NCBI GenBank assembly: GCA_964349485.1
Contig: CAYGGE010000002.1
Span: 5,737-69,736 of the forward strand
Length of the DNA stretch: 64,000 nucleotides
Origin: an uncultured Candidatus Saccharibacteria bacterium
GTDB lineage: Bacteria > Patescibacteriota > UBA1384 > CAYGGE01
Direction of reading: 5' to 3'
Positions within the stretch are counted from its first letter, which is position 1. The number at the start of each line of letters is the position of its first letter. This document shows positions 37,414 through 46,631 of the stretch, piece by piece. The notes beneath the pieces are model-generated. The model was not told the DNA's origin and searched no databases. It was given only the letters and a program-made list of their open reading frames with translations. The position numbers and the translations under genes were made by a program.

Positions 37414-38981
37414 GATGTCTCTTTCAAGTTATAGAGTGATTGGTATTTGGTTCGAATATAATCAACAAAATATTGGGCAGAGAGTGGTTCGCCAGTTACG
37501 TGCTCGATTAGCTTGGCTGCACTGTAGTAGCGACCATGGGCGTGCACATGTGAGCCCAGCCATGTTTTTATGCTACTGAAATCGCCGCTGGCCATCTCGG
37601 CATCCATATTGGGCAAGTCTTGTTGCATCTTACTGTATAACTGAGCAGCATAGAGAGTACCGAGAGTGTAGGTTGGGAAATAACCAAAATAACCGCTTGA
37701 CCAGTGGACATCCTGGAGTACTCCTAGCGCATCGCTTGGAACATCGATTCCTAAGTATTCCTTCATCTTCGCGTTCCAAAGAGCCGGAAGATCTTCTGGC
37801 TCGATAGTACCTTCGATTAAACCTTGCTCAATCTCAAAACGTAAGATGATGTGTAGGTTATATGTCACCTCATCGGCTTCAGTTCGAATGAGCGAAGGCG
37901 TGACACAGTTAATGGCTTTTAGGAATTCTGCAAGCTCGATATTCTCAAACGGTTTAGGGAAAGTCTCTTGCAGTTTTGGATAGAAATGGTCCCAGAAGGG
38001 CTTGCCCAAGCTTATCTCTGTCTCCCAGAGCTTGGATTGTGATTCATGGATGCCCAGAGAGATGGCTTCAGCTAAAGGTGTGCCGTAACATTCACAAGGC
38101 AGACCTTGTTCGTAGAGCGCATGGCCGACTTCATGGGTGGTGGTCAAGATGGCGTAGAGTAAATCTTTTTCGTTGTAACGAGTGGTTATCCGGACGTCTT
38201 CCGGATGTAAAGTTTGGGTGAATGGATGAGTACTCGCATCGATTCGGCCACAAGAGAAGTCATAACCGATCTGCTTGGCGATATGCTCGTTAAACTTGAT
38301 TTGAGTATCGATCGGGTAGGAGCCATCAAGTATGGTCCGGTCGATTGGTTGACCAGCGTCTTGGAGCTGTTTGAGGAAAGCGATAAGAAAGCGCTTGAGT
38401 TCAGCAAAGATGGGAGCTATCTCGCTGGCTTTGACACCAGGCTCGAAAGTGTCGATTAAGGCATCGTAAGCTGATTCCTGGTAGCCAACATAGTTGGCTT
38501 CCTGACGTTTTAACTCGATCATCCGTTTGAGCTGGGGGAGGAAAAGAGCAAAATTATTGGTTTCTCGAGCCTCGGCCCAGATGTGGTGTGCTTCACTGGT
38601 GACTTGTGTCAGCTCTTTAACGAAAGCCGTTGGTAGCTTCTGCTCTCGTGCGTACTCCAACCAAACTTCTCGGACAATTGCCGCTTCCCTATCAGGGAGA
38701 TTGCCAGCATCGAGTTGGGCTTTGGCTTTAGTCAGACAGCCATCGTCATCGATCGCTAAAAAACGTTCGTGGAGTAAGCCAGCCAGATAGCTCATGGTCT
38801 CGCCCCGTAATGACGCGCCTTTTTTGGGCATCTTAACTTGCTCGTCCCAAGAAAGGAGAGCCAACGTAGACTTAAGATGGGAGAGCTCACGAAGTCGCTC
38901 GCAAAGTTCACTACAGTGGATGTATTGCATAATGTCCTTTGACCTGCAGTATAACAATATACGTCTGGTTTGAGAAGGCAC
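37410..38981 (-). CDS. M32 carboxypeptidase (Taq-type)
   Basis: HEVGHALYE, HESQS and DxRxxxxEA-like motifs. Confidence 0.85.
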   Translation of the reverse strand: MPSQTRRILLYCRSKDIMQYIHCSELCERLRELSHLKSTLALLSWDEQVKMPKKGASLRGETMSYLAGLLHERFLAIDDDGCLTKAKAQLDAGNLPDREAAIVREVWLEYAREQKLPTAFVKELTQVTSEAHHIWAEARETNNFALFLPQLKRMIELKRQEANYVGYQESAYDALIDTFEPGVKASEIAPIFAELKRFLIAFLKQLQDAGQPIDRTILDGSYPIDTQIKFNEHIAKQIGYDFSCGRIDASTHPFTQTLHPEDVRITTRYNEKDLLYAILTTTHEVGHALYEQGLPCECYGTPLAEAISLGIHESQSKLWETEISLGKPFWDHFYPKLQETFPKPFENIELAEFLKAINCVTPSLIRTEADEVTYNLHIILRFEIEQGLIEGTIEPEDLPALWNAKMKEYLGIDVPSDALGVLQDVHWSSGYFGYFPTYTLGTLYAAQLYSKMQQDLPNMDAEMASGDFSSIKTWLGSHVHAHGRYYSAAKLIEHVTGEPLSAQYFVDYIRTKYQSLYNLKETS

Positions 38982-39033
38982 GGGGCTTCATGGGCAAAAA
39001 AAGACCTTGCTTGGTCGCAATAGTAAAGTTTTT

Positions 39034-39109
39034 TGGTCAGGGTGGCGGGGCTCGAACCCGCGACCTCCGGACCCCCAGCCCGACGCGCTACCAACTGCGC
39101 TACACCCTG
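39034..39109 (-). tRNA. tRNA-Pro (anticodon GGG), CCA encoded
   Basis: Reverse complement CAGGGTG...CACCCTG-A-CCA. Anticodon loop CTGGGGG. Confidence 0.8.
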
Positions 39110-39477
39110 TTTACGAACTATACATTATTCGTTAATAACTATTAATTTGTACTGTAGCTCCGGTGAGCGAAATGCCGTTGGTCTCGATTGGTGCAAGGTT
39201 GCCTTTCTAGTTGCCTAGAAGTGTATCGGCAGAGACCGCCGATACGGTATTCCAGTCGCTCAGTCATAAAATAACCAAGAACCGGAAGTGGCGAACCGTG
39301 GGTGCCCGCACGTTTGGTCCACGGACCAAACAGATATGAGGCCGTATCATCCGCCTCTACGATATAAACGAGACGAACGATGACCCAGTTGCAAAATGTT
39401 GAAAGCCCAACGACAAATCGTCACCGAGAGCTATAGGTACTCTAGCATAAGTAGAACATGAATTAAAGGGAAATAAC

Positions 39478-40113
39478 CTAGAAAATGCCAGGACTGCCGC
39501 CACCCATAACTAGACCGTATACGGCTCGTGCCGGAGTGAAGATTAAGGTTTGTAGCAATGGAAAACCGGCGTAGGAGAGAACAATTAATCCGATCAGCAG
39601 ATAAGAGCCGTATCGCTCGAGGTGCAAGTAGGTCTCAAAATCTAAGAAAGTACCGAGGATCTTTGAACCGTCGAGGGGAGGGATCGGGATCAGGTTGAAG
39701 AACATCAAGATTAGGTTGTACCAAACTATTGTCTGGGTGAAGATCATGGCGATCGAGCCAGTTTCTGGTTGAAACAGATAATTAAAGCCAGTGAACAACA
39801 GTGCTAGCAACAGATTAGAGATGGGTCCGGCCAAGGCGACTTTCAAATTATCAACCATTGGATTGCGAAAATTGTTAGGATTGACCATAACTGGTTTAGC
39901 CCAGCCTACGCCGATGACTAAGATCATGATGGTGCCAATCGGATCGAGGTGGGCTAGGGGATTGAGGGTCAGACGGCCCATCGACTCGGCAGTGGGGTCA
40001 CCAAGTCTCTTGGCGATAAAAGCGTGGGCTGCTTCATGAATCGACAAAGCCATAACCAGTGCGATTGCCAGGATAACGAACAATAGCGGATTCTGACCTA
40101 GGAGCTGGAGCAT
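39478..40113 (-). CDS. M50 family (site-2 protease-like) membrane metalloprotease
   Basis: HEAAHAFIAKRLGDPTA HExxH motif. Polytopic. The start is taken at MLQLL with RBS GGAGG. Confidence 0.7.
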   Translation of the reverse strand: MLQLLGQNPLLFVILAIALVMALSIHEAAHAFIAKRLGDPTAESMGRLTLNPLAHLDPIGTIMILVIGVGWAKPVMVNPNNFRNPMVDNLKVALAGPISNLLLALLFTGFNYLFQPETGSIAMIFTQTIVWYNLILMFFNLIPIPPLDGSKILGTFLDFETYLHLERYGSYLLIGLIVLSYAGFPLLQTLIFTPARAVYGLVMGGGSPGIF

Positions 40114-40210
40114 GATGAGACCTCCATTCTTGCACTTATTGCTTCTGTATGATACCATAGCAACGTCGTCAGTCGAAATTACTCTGTTTTGTATCAAGCA
40201 AGGAAACTAC

Positions 40211-40432
40211 ATGAAAATGCCAATTCTTACTTTCCGTGATTACTGTGTGATCTGCGGTAAAGGCCCACAAATGGGGCTCAACCGGCCGCACTCCTTAAAG
40301 AAGACCAAAAAAGTTATCCGACCAAACCTTGGGGTCTGGAACAACCTCAATATTTGCGCTTCCTGCCGAAAGAGCCTTTCCAAGCCCGAACATATTAAAA
40401 AAGTTCAGGTTAAAGAGCCAACCGCCAATTAA
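40211..40432 (+). CDS. rpmB: Ribosomal protein bL28
   Basis: CVICGKGPQMGLNRPHSLKKTKKVIRPNL...CASCRK. Confidence 0.7.
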   Translation: MKMPILTFRDYCVICGKGPQMGLNRPHSLKKTKKVIRPNLGVWNNLNICASCRKSLSKPEHIKKVQVKEPTAN

Positions 40433-40457
40433 TCTAGTTCATTAGAAAATCGGCAAC

Positions 40458-40487
40458 TAAAAAATCCCGTTTGCACGGGATTTTTTA
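40458..40487. terminator. Bidirectional intrinsic terminator AAAAAATCCCG-TTTGCA-CGGGATTTTTT
   Basis: Read directly from the sequence. Confidence 0.6.
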
Positions 40488-40502
40488 GTTTGAAAAGCCT
40501 GA

Positions 40503-40877
40503 TTACTCTTCAGAGGTGTTGCTGGTTGCAGCATCGTCAGAGACGGGAGCTGGTGTAGCGGCAGGAGCTTCGCCTCGGTCTGCAGCTTGCTTCTGTCGGA
40601 AACAGTCAGCACACAGAACGTTGCTAGGATCGCGGGGCTCGAAAGGCACTTCACCCTCTGCACCACAGTTGGCGCAGGTGATTTTGTGCATTGTTCGAGG
40701 ACCACGATTGTCCCGGCCACCGGCACCACCGGCTTGCTTCTGCTCTTTAATCTTGCGTCGGCAATCGGCACAGCGAATTGGAGCAGAGAAGCCCTTGGAG
40801 TTGTAAAACTCCTGTTCGGATGCGGTCCAGACAAAGTCTGTGCCACAATCACGACAGGTAAGCGTTTGGTCTTGCAT
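40503..40877 (-). CDS. Duplicated zinc-ribbon protein (two Cx2C...Cx2C modules) with an acidic Ala/Pro-rich tail
   Basis: TCRDCGTDF...CADCRRK and TCANCGAEG...CADCFRQK. Locally elevated GC. Confidence 0.5.
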   Translation of the reverse strand: MQDQTLTCRDCGTDFVWTASEQEFYNSKGFSAPIRCADCRRKIKEQKQAGGAGGRDNRGPRTMHKITCANCGAEGEVPFEPRDPSNVLCADCFRQKQAADRGEAPAATPAPVSDDAATSNTSEE

Positions 40878-41259
40878 GGTTCATTTCACCTATTTCGGTT
40901 TAGTACCACGGAGGAAAATTTTCCAGGGGGTAATAACCATTTGTCTAAGGGGACTCGACGCACCCTACGGATTTTCCTACGGGGTACCCTTACAATGCCT
41001 AGATTATAGCAGAATGAGTTAGAATAGTCAATCGGTTAGTTACTCCATTGACAAAAACGGATATTTCATGCAGTATATGTTACGAACGAGCCACTCTCGA
41101 ACAGTACTCGTTTTTTGACGGATCGTCCGTCAAAGCGGTTTCCATAATATAATGACTGTAAAAAGCATTCAAGGGCAGATCGCGCCAACGTTGCGCGTGA
41201 GGGTCTACATCTACTAACACCCCCCCTAATAACACCTCCCTAACGGGACTCTCGATCTT

Positions 41260-41297
41260 CTGGGCCGGCCATTTCTGTGGCCGGCCCAGCTTTTTTC
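41260..41297 (+). terminator. Very strong intrinsic terminator (12-bp GC stem CTGGGCCGGCCA/TGGCCGGCCCAG plus CTTTTTTC)
   Basis: Read directly from the sequence. Confidence 0.6.
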
Positions 41298-41407
41298 TGC
41301 GAGCGATACAATCCAGAGAACTGTCCCTAACTTAGTGCGTATTATAGTCATTGGTAAATGTTAAGTGTGGTATAGTGTTTACTACTATTCGAATTTAGGG
41401 AGCATAT

Positions 41408-41722
41408 ATGGCGAACAAATTACTTTTCTCGACGCTTATGAATGTCTCTCTTGCAGGGCTCTATATTTTTGGCATCTCACAATTTCTCTTTTACGGTGAA
41501 AAAATTTTTAACGCAACTGAAGATAGTAATTTGGCACCATTCCTGTTGTTACTTCTTTTCTCCCTCTCAGCCGCCGTAGTGGGCAGTCTAATTTTCGGTC
41601 AGGCCGTCATTTTTTTCCTGGAAAATAAACGATTAGAAGGCATAAAATCAGCTTTTTACAGTATCGGTTGGTTATTCTTATTCACCCTCATCATCGTTGT
41701 GGCTCTAGTCTTGATTAAATAG
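41408..41722 (+). CDS. Small hypothetical membrane protein (3 TM)
   Basis: RBS GGGAG. Hydrophobic. Confidence 0.4.
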   Translation: MANKLLFSTLMNVSLAGLYIFGISQFLFYGEKIFNATEDSNLAPFLLLLLFSLSAAVVGSLIFGQAVIFFLENKRLEGIKSAFYSIGWLFLFTLIIVVALVLIK

Positions 41723-41763
41723 TTATCAAAAAAAGGACAGAGCAGTCGGCTGTGACTGCTCTG

Positions 41764-42630
41764 TCAGAGATATGGGTTTGGTGCGTCGTTGATCAGAACG
41801 TGCCCCTCGATCGTCCGAAGAAAATCGAGCAACTTTGGGTTATCATTCCCAAAGAAGTAGGTTTGACGACCTTCGTCTGTTATTCCCTCCATGAAGTGCT
41901 TTCCGGACTTTAGTCGTGCGATCACGTCGTCAAGGTAGTAAGTCCTCGAATGTTCGGCGTGGTGCAAAGGCTTATTATGCCGTATCTGTAGATGGAGGAG
42001 AGCGAACTCCGGCATATTAAATGTGTGGAAATAGATCTCTGTGCCCTGTGGCTCATCGATTCCATACACATTCGCAAGCTGATCGTAGACATGTTCTCGC
42101 AGTCGCTCGAGGCTGGTGACATCTGACGCCTCAAGATCGAGTGGTGTCGCCAGGTATCGTACACACAGCTCTTCTTCGATCTCTCGTATACGCAGTTGTA
42201 ACAGACGATCGACTGTAATCGGTCCATCCTGTGGATCATGGCGCAGGAAAGGCTCGATTGCCCTGTGCGCATGCCAGGCTACCAGTTCGAGCCGACCAGT
42301 GTTTCTCCAAGATCTCGCAAAGTTCTGGAAGAGAGTCTCAGGAGCGTACTTGGGTAAGTTTGGTCGGACGAAAAAGGCACCATCAGCAGTCCTGCTGAAC
42401 AAGCTTGGACACTGGTTGAGAAAATCCCGATCAACGGATGGCGCACCGTTGAGGAATTCTCTAACGAAGTCAGGGAGTCTTACCTGGTGGTAGGCAACCC
42501 TCAGATTCTCAAGGGTGTTGTCCGGAAACCGGACAATTTGACAATATGGTATACCGTAGCGATTATCCTTATTCCGGTTCATTGCCTTAGCTTTCTGGAC
42601 TAGTGTTATACGGGTCAGAACACCAAACAC
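41764..42630 (-). CDS. Hypothetical protein with Rx(4-6)H-like HEPN-type motifs
   Basis: HAHRAIEPFLRH and RHNKPLHH. No confident family assignment. Confidence 0.4.
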   Translation of the reverse strand: MFGVLTRITLVQKAKAMNRNKDNRYGIPYCQIVRFPDNTLENLRVAYHQVRLPDFVREFLNGAPSVDRDFLNQCPSLFSRTADGAFFVRPNLPKYAPETLFQNFARSWRNTGRLELVAWHAHRAIEPFLRHDPQDGPITVDRLLQLRIREIEEELCVRYLATPLDLEASDVTSLERLREHVYDQLANVYGIDEPQGTEIYFHTFNMPEFALLHLQIRHNKPLHHAEHSRTYYLDDVIARLKSGKHFMEGITDEGRQTYFFGNDNPKLLDFLRTIEGHVLINDAPNPYL

Positions 42631-42773
42631 TCTAGATTGTATATTCTGAGCGTGATAACAGCATATACTAGCTTACCTGACCACTTTAGTCAATGTATTG
42701 AGTAGGTCTTGTGCATGTTGTAAAATGACCTAACTAACAACAAAGGGTTGTTCATGCCTGAGAAGGAATAGAA

Positions 42774-43127
42774 ATGTACCTCGTGACAATTTCTGGTCTG
42801 CCGCTGGTTCTGACCTATGGTAGTGTAGCCAAGGATCTTGCAATGAAGTTGGTGCCAGAAGCAATCAAGATGCACGATCCTGAAGCTGAAGTTGTAGTCT
42901 TTGAACCTGCTGATCTTGTTCAATGGCGTCGCGGTGAGGTCATGATGTGTAGGATCGATTCTGACCGCTTCGATAACATCAGTCACAGACAGGCAGTGGT
43001 AAGTGCTGTCGCCGATGCATTTCGGGGCATAAGGAGTTCAATGATCAGTGATACGACCGAGCTTAAGACGTGTAAGGTCGTTATCTACACTGGTCTGCTA
43101 AACATCGATCTGGAAACAATTATCTGA
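42774..43127 (+). CDS. Hypothetical protein (117 aa)
   Basis: RBS-like AAGGAATAG. A GC hairpin follows downstream. Confidence 0.35.
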   Translation: MYLVTISGLPLVLTYGSVAKDLAMKLVPEAIKMHDPEAEVVVFEPADLVQWRRGEVMMCRIDSDRFDNISHRQAVVSAVADAFRGIRSSMISDTTELKTCKVVIYTGLLNIDLETII

Positions 43128-43407
43128 GGACAAAGGAGCCTTGCGTCCGGTGGCTGTAGCTACCGGACGAACTCGTTATATATGCAATATATTAGATTCT
43201 AAAGATAGACATATTTCAAAGAAGGTATCGGGGTAATGTCTGTACTCGTATTTTTGGCAGGCCATCGCCGAAATTGTTAGAACTCTTTGTACTAAGAACA
43301 CAGATCTCATAATTCCTGAGTTTGCGATAACTTAAAAGGCGACCCATACGAGGGGCCGCCCTGCCAGCTAACTGCTGGTGCAATATTTGATTATGTTGCG
43401 CCTACGA

Positions 43408-44220
43408 CTAGGCTGCGACGCTCAGTCCCTTCACGCGAGCCGGATCGAGCTTGCTGCCACCTTTGGGGAAGATGGTGGCGTAGCCGAGCATCAGCATGTT
43501 GAAGTGGATGCGGCCGTCACTGATGTTCTGCGGGACGGTGTGTTCGGCATTGACGGTCAGGCGGTTGATATGCCAGAGCTCCCACTCGCCGTTCTCGGGG
43601 TTAATACGAGCCGTCCACTCGCCTTCGATGATGACCTGGCCGTTCTGGATCTCCATGCTTTTGATCGGTCCGCGGTAGGCCACGCCGTCTTCGACAGACT
43701 CCAGATCGCCACCGATCAGATCGGTTCTGGCGAGCACCTGGTCCCAGCGAAGGTGAGCTGGGCCGCGACCCGTAGCGTTGGAGAGCATCAGGATCTCTTC
43801 GGGCGGATCCCAGCGATCCCGCACGCTCATCGTATCCTGAGTTTCCAGATACCGATAGGGGACGTAGACGGTCTTGCCGTGGGGCGGTGCCCAGAGGGTC
43901 ACTTCGGCCTGCTCGTTGTCGGTCGGATGACAGCCGCTGATGACGCCGTAGACCTCCTTGGGCTCGCCGTAGTAGATCCAACTGATCCAGACGATGGTAG
44001 CGGTGGTGCGCTTGGCCTCTTCAGCCTCCCGCTCCGTCCGTTCCCATCCTTCTTTCCAGGTCTGGAACTCGGCTTCCGAAACACGAAGGTGCTCGGGCCG
44101 TTCGTCCTTGATCATCTGGAAGCCCGCGAAGCGGCCTTCCCGACAGGCGGACTTGGCGAGATATTCCCGATCCCGCTTCTGTTCTTTTGCCCACTGGTTC
44201 TTCATCCATCGCTCGTTCAT
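43408..44220 (-). CDS. Hypothetical protein encoded in a ~62% GC segment (likely horizontally acquired)
   Basis: Strong RBS GGAGGAG before ATG. Trp/Glu-rich sequence. The +strand 285-aa ORF over the same span looks like an antisense shadow. A minus-strand hairpin terminator lies at about 43340-43375. Confidence 0.45.
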   Translation of the reverse strand: MNERWMKNQWAKEQKRDREYLAKSACREGRFAGFQMIKDERPEHLRVSEAEFQTWKEGWERTEREAEEAKRTTATIVWISWIYYGEPKEVYGVISGCHPTDNEQAEVTLWAPPHGKTVYVPYRYLETQDTMSVRDRWDPPEEILMLSNATGRGPAHLRWDQVLARTDLIGGDLESVEDGVAYRGPIKSMEIQNGQVIIEGEWTARINPENGEWELWHINRLTVNAEHTVPQNISDGRIHFNMLMLGYATIFPKGGSKLDPARVKGLSVAA

Positions 44221-44427
44221 CGGTCTCCTCCATAGGCCGTCATGGTGACGGCGGTAGCGAACGACTAAAGTATCGAATTAAAGAGCGCCAGAGGATAGAG
44301 GTAGTAATACTGCACCTCGATCGTGACGCAAAAGTATAGCATAAATCATCAGGTTTGTCAACCTGTTAAGAACTAAAAAACAGCGGTTCAGCTGTATCAG
44401 TTGAAATTCATATTTTTATAGAAGTGA

Positions 44428-44967
44428 TTAGCTTAGTAAGCGTTTAATTTCATCATGCTTCTCTGGGTGTTTTTCTAACCAAAGATGAACGCCTCGCTCT
44501 ACGTTTTCAGGGGTTGGAACATAACTAATAACATTCAGATTAGCGGGCTGGTTGATCGGTTCTGGATCGTACTTTCGTTTCAGCTTTAGGATAATTTCAA
44601 TAGCTCTAAGTCTAACAGTCCAGTCTATATCACTAAGATACTCATAGGTCTTAGCGCCATCTTTTTCAATGGCTGTGGCATTGATAGTTTTTGTTGCCAA
44701 TGTAGCGGCCTTTAGTAAGTCAGCTACCCACTTATCAGATAATCCTGATTCTTCTAGCTGATCTGAAAAATCAAGTTTTCTCAAGTTCTCGTGGCCTATC
44801 TGTGCTGCGCTTTCTCGACTAGTCACATCATAAGCTCTAGACGCTGCTTCTGTTGCATTCCTGGTCTCAATGTACTCTTTGACGAAGACATGTTCTTTGA
44901 TCGTTTTTGGAGGACGTGTAGACATGCTATTGTCGGGTCGCCACAGTGTGCTAGAGATCCACGACAT
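44428..44967 (-). CDS. Phage terminase small subunit-like protein
   Basis: HVFVKEYIETRNATEAASRAYDV...IGHENLRK resembles the Terminase_2/P27-type HTH region. Confidence 0.5.
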   Translation of the reverse strand: MSWISSTLWRPDNSMSTRPPKTIKEHVFVKEYIETRNATEAASRAYDVTSRESAAQIGHENLRKLDFSDQLEESGLSDKWVADLLKAATLATKTINATAIEKDGAKTYEYLSDIDWTVRLRAIEIILKLKRKYDPEPINQPANLNVISYVPTPENVERGVHLWLEKHPEKHDEIKRLLS

Positions 44968-45874
44968 TGTTAATAATGAGTGGGGTTATCGTACCAGGAA
45001 GCTGAAGAAAACGGGTGGTAAACCACTCCATCCCTCCATGCTCTACGACATGTTTAAGAACCCGCTTTACTATGGTCAAAACATCCGTCCTGATGGAACG
45101 GTCCACCAATGTGCCCATAAGACCATGGTGACAGAAGAGGAGTTTTGGCGAGCTCAAATCTTACTTGGCCGTAAAGGACGCACCCGTTCTAAAACCCACA
45201 CATTCGCCTACACGGGGTTAATTCAATGTGGGGAGTGTGGATGTGCCGTGACAGCCGAAGAGAAGCATAAGATCAATTTAAACGGTGGTATGCGGCACTA
45301 TATTTACTACCACTGCACGAAAAAGAAGCTCGATCACAAATGTACTCAACCATCATTTGAGCAAAAGGCTCTCGAGCGCCAAGTTGATGCCCAATTGGAG
45401 AGAATGGCGATCTCAGAGAAGTTCAAGGACTGGGCAATTAAATATTTAAAAGAAACCAGCGAAGATCAGATGAGTCAGTACAATCAAATTACCAAAACGC
45501 AGCAAAGCGCTTATGCTGATGTCGAGAAGAAGCTTGGCAAATTGCTTGATCTAAAACTGAACGAGCTCATAACCGACGAAGAGTACAAGACTAGTAAAGA
45601 ACAATTACTAGCCGAACAAGTCGGTATCGAAGAGCAACTAAAGGCAAATAAGTACAGCTCACATAATTGGATCGAACTAGCCGAAAAAACCTTTGATTTT
45701 GCCTGTCACGCCCGTTACTGGTTCCAAAATGGTACCCTTGAAGATAAAAAAATAATCCTTCAAACCATCGGAGGATCGAACCTCTCGCTGAAGGACAAAC
45801 AACTACGATTTGAACCAGATAATATCTTCACTGTGCTGGCAAATCGGGACAAAAATTCGGATTGGCAGGGGTAG
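44870..45874 (+). pseudogene. Large serine recombinase remnant. Recombinase domain, Zn ribbon and coiled coil are present. The N-terminal resolvase catalytic domain is missing.
   Basis: ...GYRTRKLKKTGGKPL..., CGECGC...YYHC zinc ribbon, C-terminal coiled coil. The stop overlaps the tRNA-Trp 3' end. Confidence 0.6.
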
Positions 45875-45936
45875 AAGGAATCGAACCCTCGTATCAGGTT
45901 TTGGAGACCTGCGTTCTACCATTGAACTATACCCCT
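45863..45936 (-). tRNA. tRNA-Trp (anticodon CCA), CCA encoded
   Basis: Reverse complement AGGGGTA...TACCCCT-G-CCA. Anticodon loop CTCCAAA. Confidence 0.75.
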
Positions 45937-45938
45937 GT

Positions 45939-46001
45939 GCTAGCTATCTGGTAGCTAGTTGTCTGGTTTTTATACCTAACTAGACAACTAGATTACTAGA
46001 C
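45939..46001 (+). repeat. Copy of the CTAG-containing intergenic motif with inverted repeat CTAGTTGTC...GACAACTAG
   Basis: Read directly from the sequence. It lies between tRNA-Trp and rpmG. Confidence 0.4.
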
Positions 46002-46003
46002 AT

Positions 46004-46171
46004 CTATTTAACTTCTTTATGTGCAGTGGTTTTCATGCATTGTGGGCAGTATTTTTTGAGTTGCATGCGATCCGTACCAGAGTTGATCTTATTCTTACTG
46101 GTTCGATAATTAGCCCGACCACATTCTGGGCAGGATAACGAAAACTCGAAGCGGTTACCTTTTTTAGCCAT
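46004..46171 (-). CDS. rpmG: Ribosomal protein bL33
   Basis: MAKKGNRFEFSLSCPECGRANYRTSKNKIN...KKYCPQCMKTTAHKEVK. Not in the ORF track because it is under 60 aa. Confidence 0.8.
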   Translation of the reverse strand: MAKKGNRFEFSLSCPECGRANYRTSKNKINSGTDRMQLKKYCPQCMKTTAHKEVK

Positions 46172-46257
46172 ATGAACTCCTAGAGATAATAACGCATATT
46201 ACTTAATAGATTATGTGGGGCTATGGTACTTCTCGTCGCATAGCTCCTCGAAGCAAG

Positions 46258-46333
46258 TGGAGCCACCTGTCGGATTTGAACCGACGACCCGCTGTTTACA
46301 AAACAGCCGCTCTGGCCACTGAGCTAAGGTGGC
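46258..46333 (-). tRNA. tRNA-Thr (anticodon TGT), CCA encoded
   Basis: Reverse complement GCCACCT...AGGTGGC-T-CCA. Anticodon loop TTTGTAA. Confidence 0.75.
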
Positions 46334-46334
46334 A

Positions 46335-46409
<75 letters not shown>

Positions 46410-46477
46410 ATTTTTGCAAATGAAGCAAGAAAGTATCAAACATCTCACAGGGGTAGCTTCTCACCAATTCGCCGATA

Positions 46478-46563
46478 TGGTGCCGGGTGAAGGATTCGAA
46501 CCTCCGTAGCCCGAAGGCGTCAGATTTACAGTCTGATGTAATTGGCCACTCTACCAACCCGGC
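46478..46563 (-). tRNA. tRNA-Tyr (anticodon GTA), class II with long variable arm, CCA encoded
   Basis: Anticodon stem-loop TCAGA-CTGTAAA-TCTGA. Variable arm CGCCTTCGGGCTACG. Confidence 0.75.
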
Positions 46564-46631
46564 ACACCAAATAAGCCTGAATCACCTGACAAATGTACCA
46601 TATTGTTTGACTTTTGCCAAGGGACGATGAG

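Larger units (their letters stand above)
42690..45874. mobile_element. Probable degraded prophage/integrative element remnant abutting tRNA-Trp
   Basis: Terminase small subunit, truncated serine recombinase, a foreign-GC ORF, hypothetical ORFs and tRNA adjacency. The boundaries are uncertain. Confidence 0.4.

Noticed and set aside
38792-39218. ORFs 38792-39094(-), 38939-39145(+) and 39033-39218(+)
   Set aside because: They overlap tRNA-Pro(GGG). They are spurious.
43378-44235. Plus-strand 285-aa ORF in the high-GC block
   Set aside because: Its composition is typical of an antisense shadow in GC-rich DNA (L/A/G/D/V-rich, no RBS). The minus-strand ORF has a strong RBS and a terminator.
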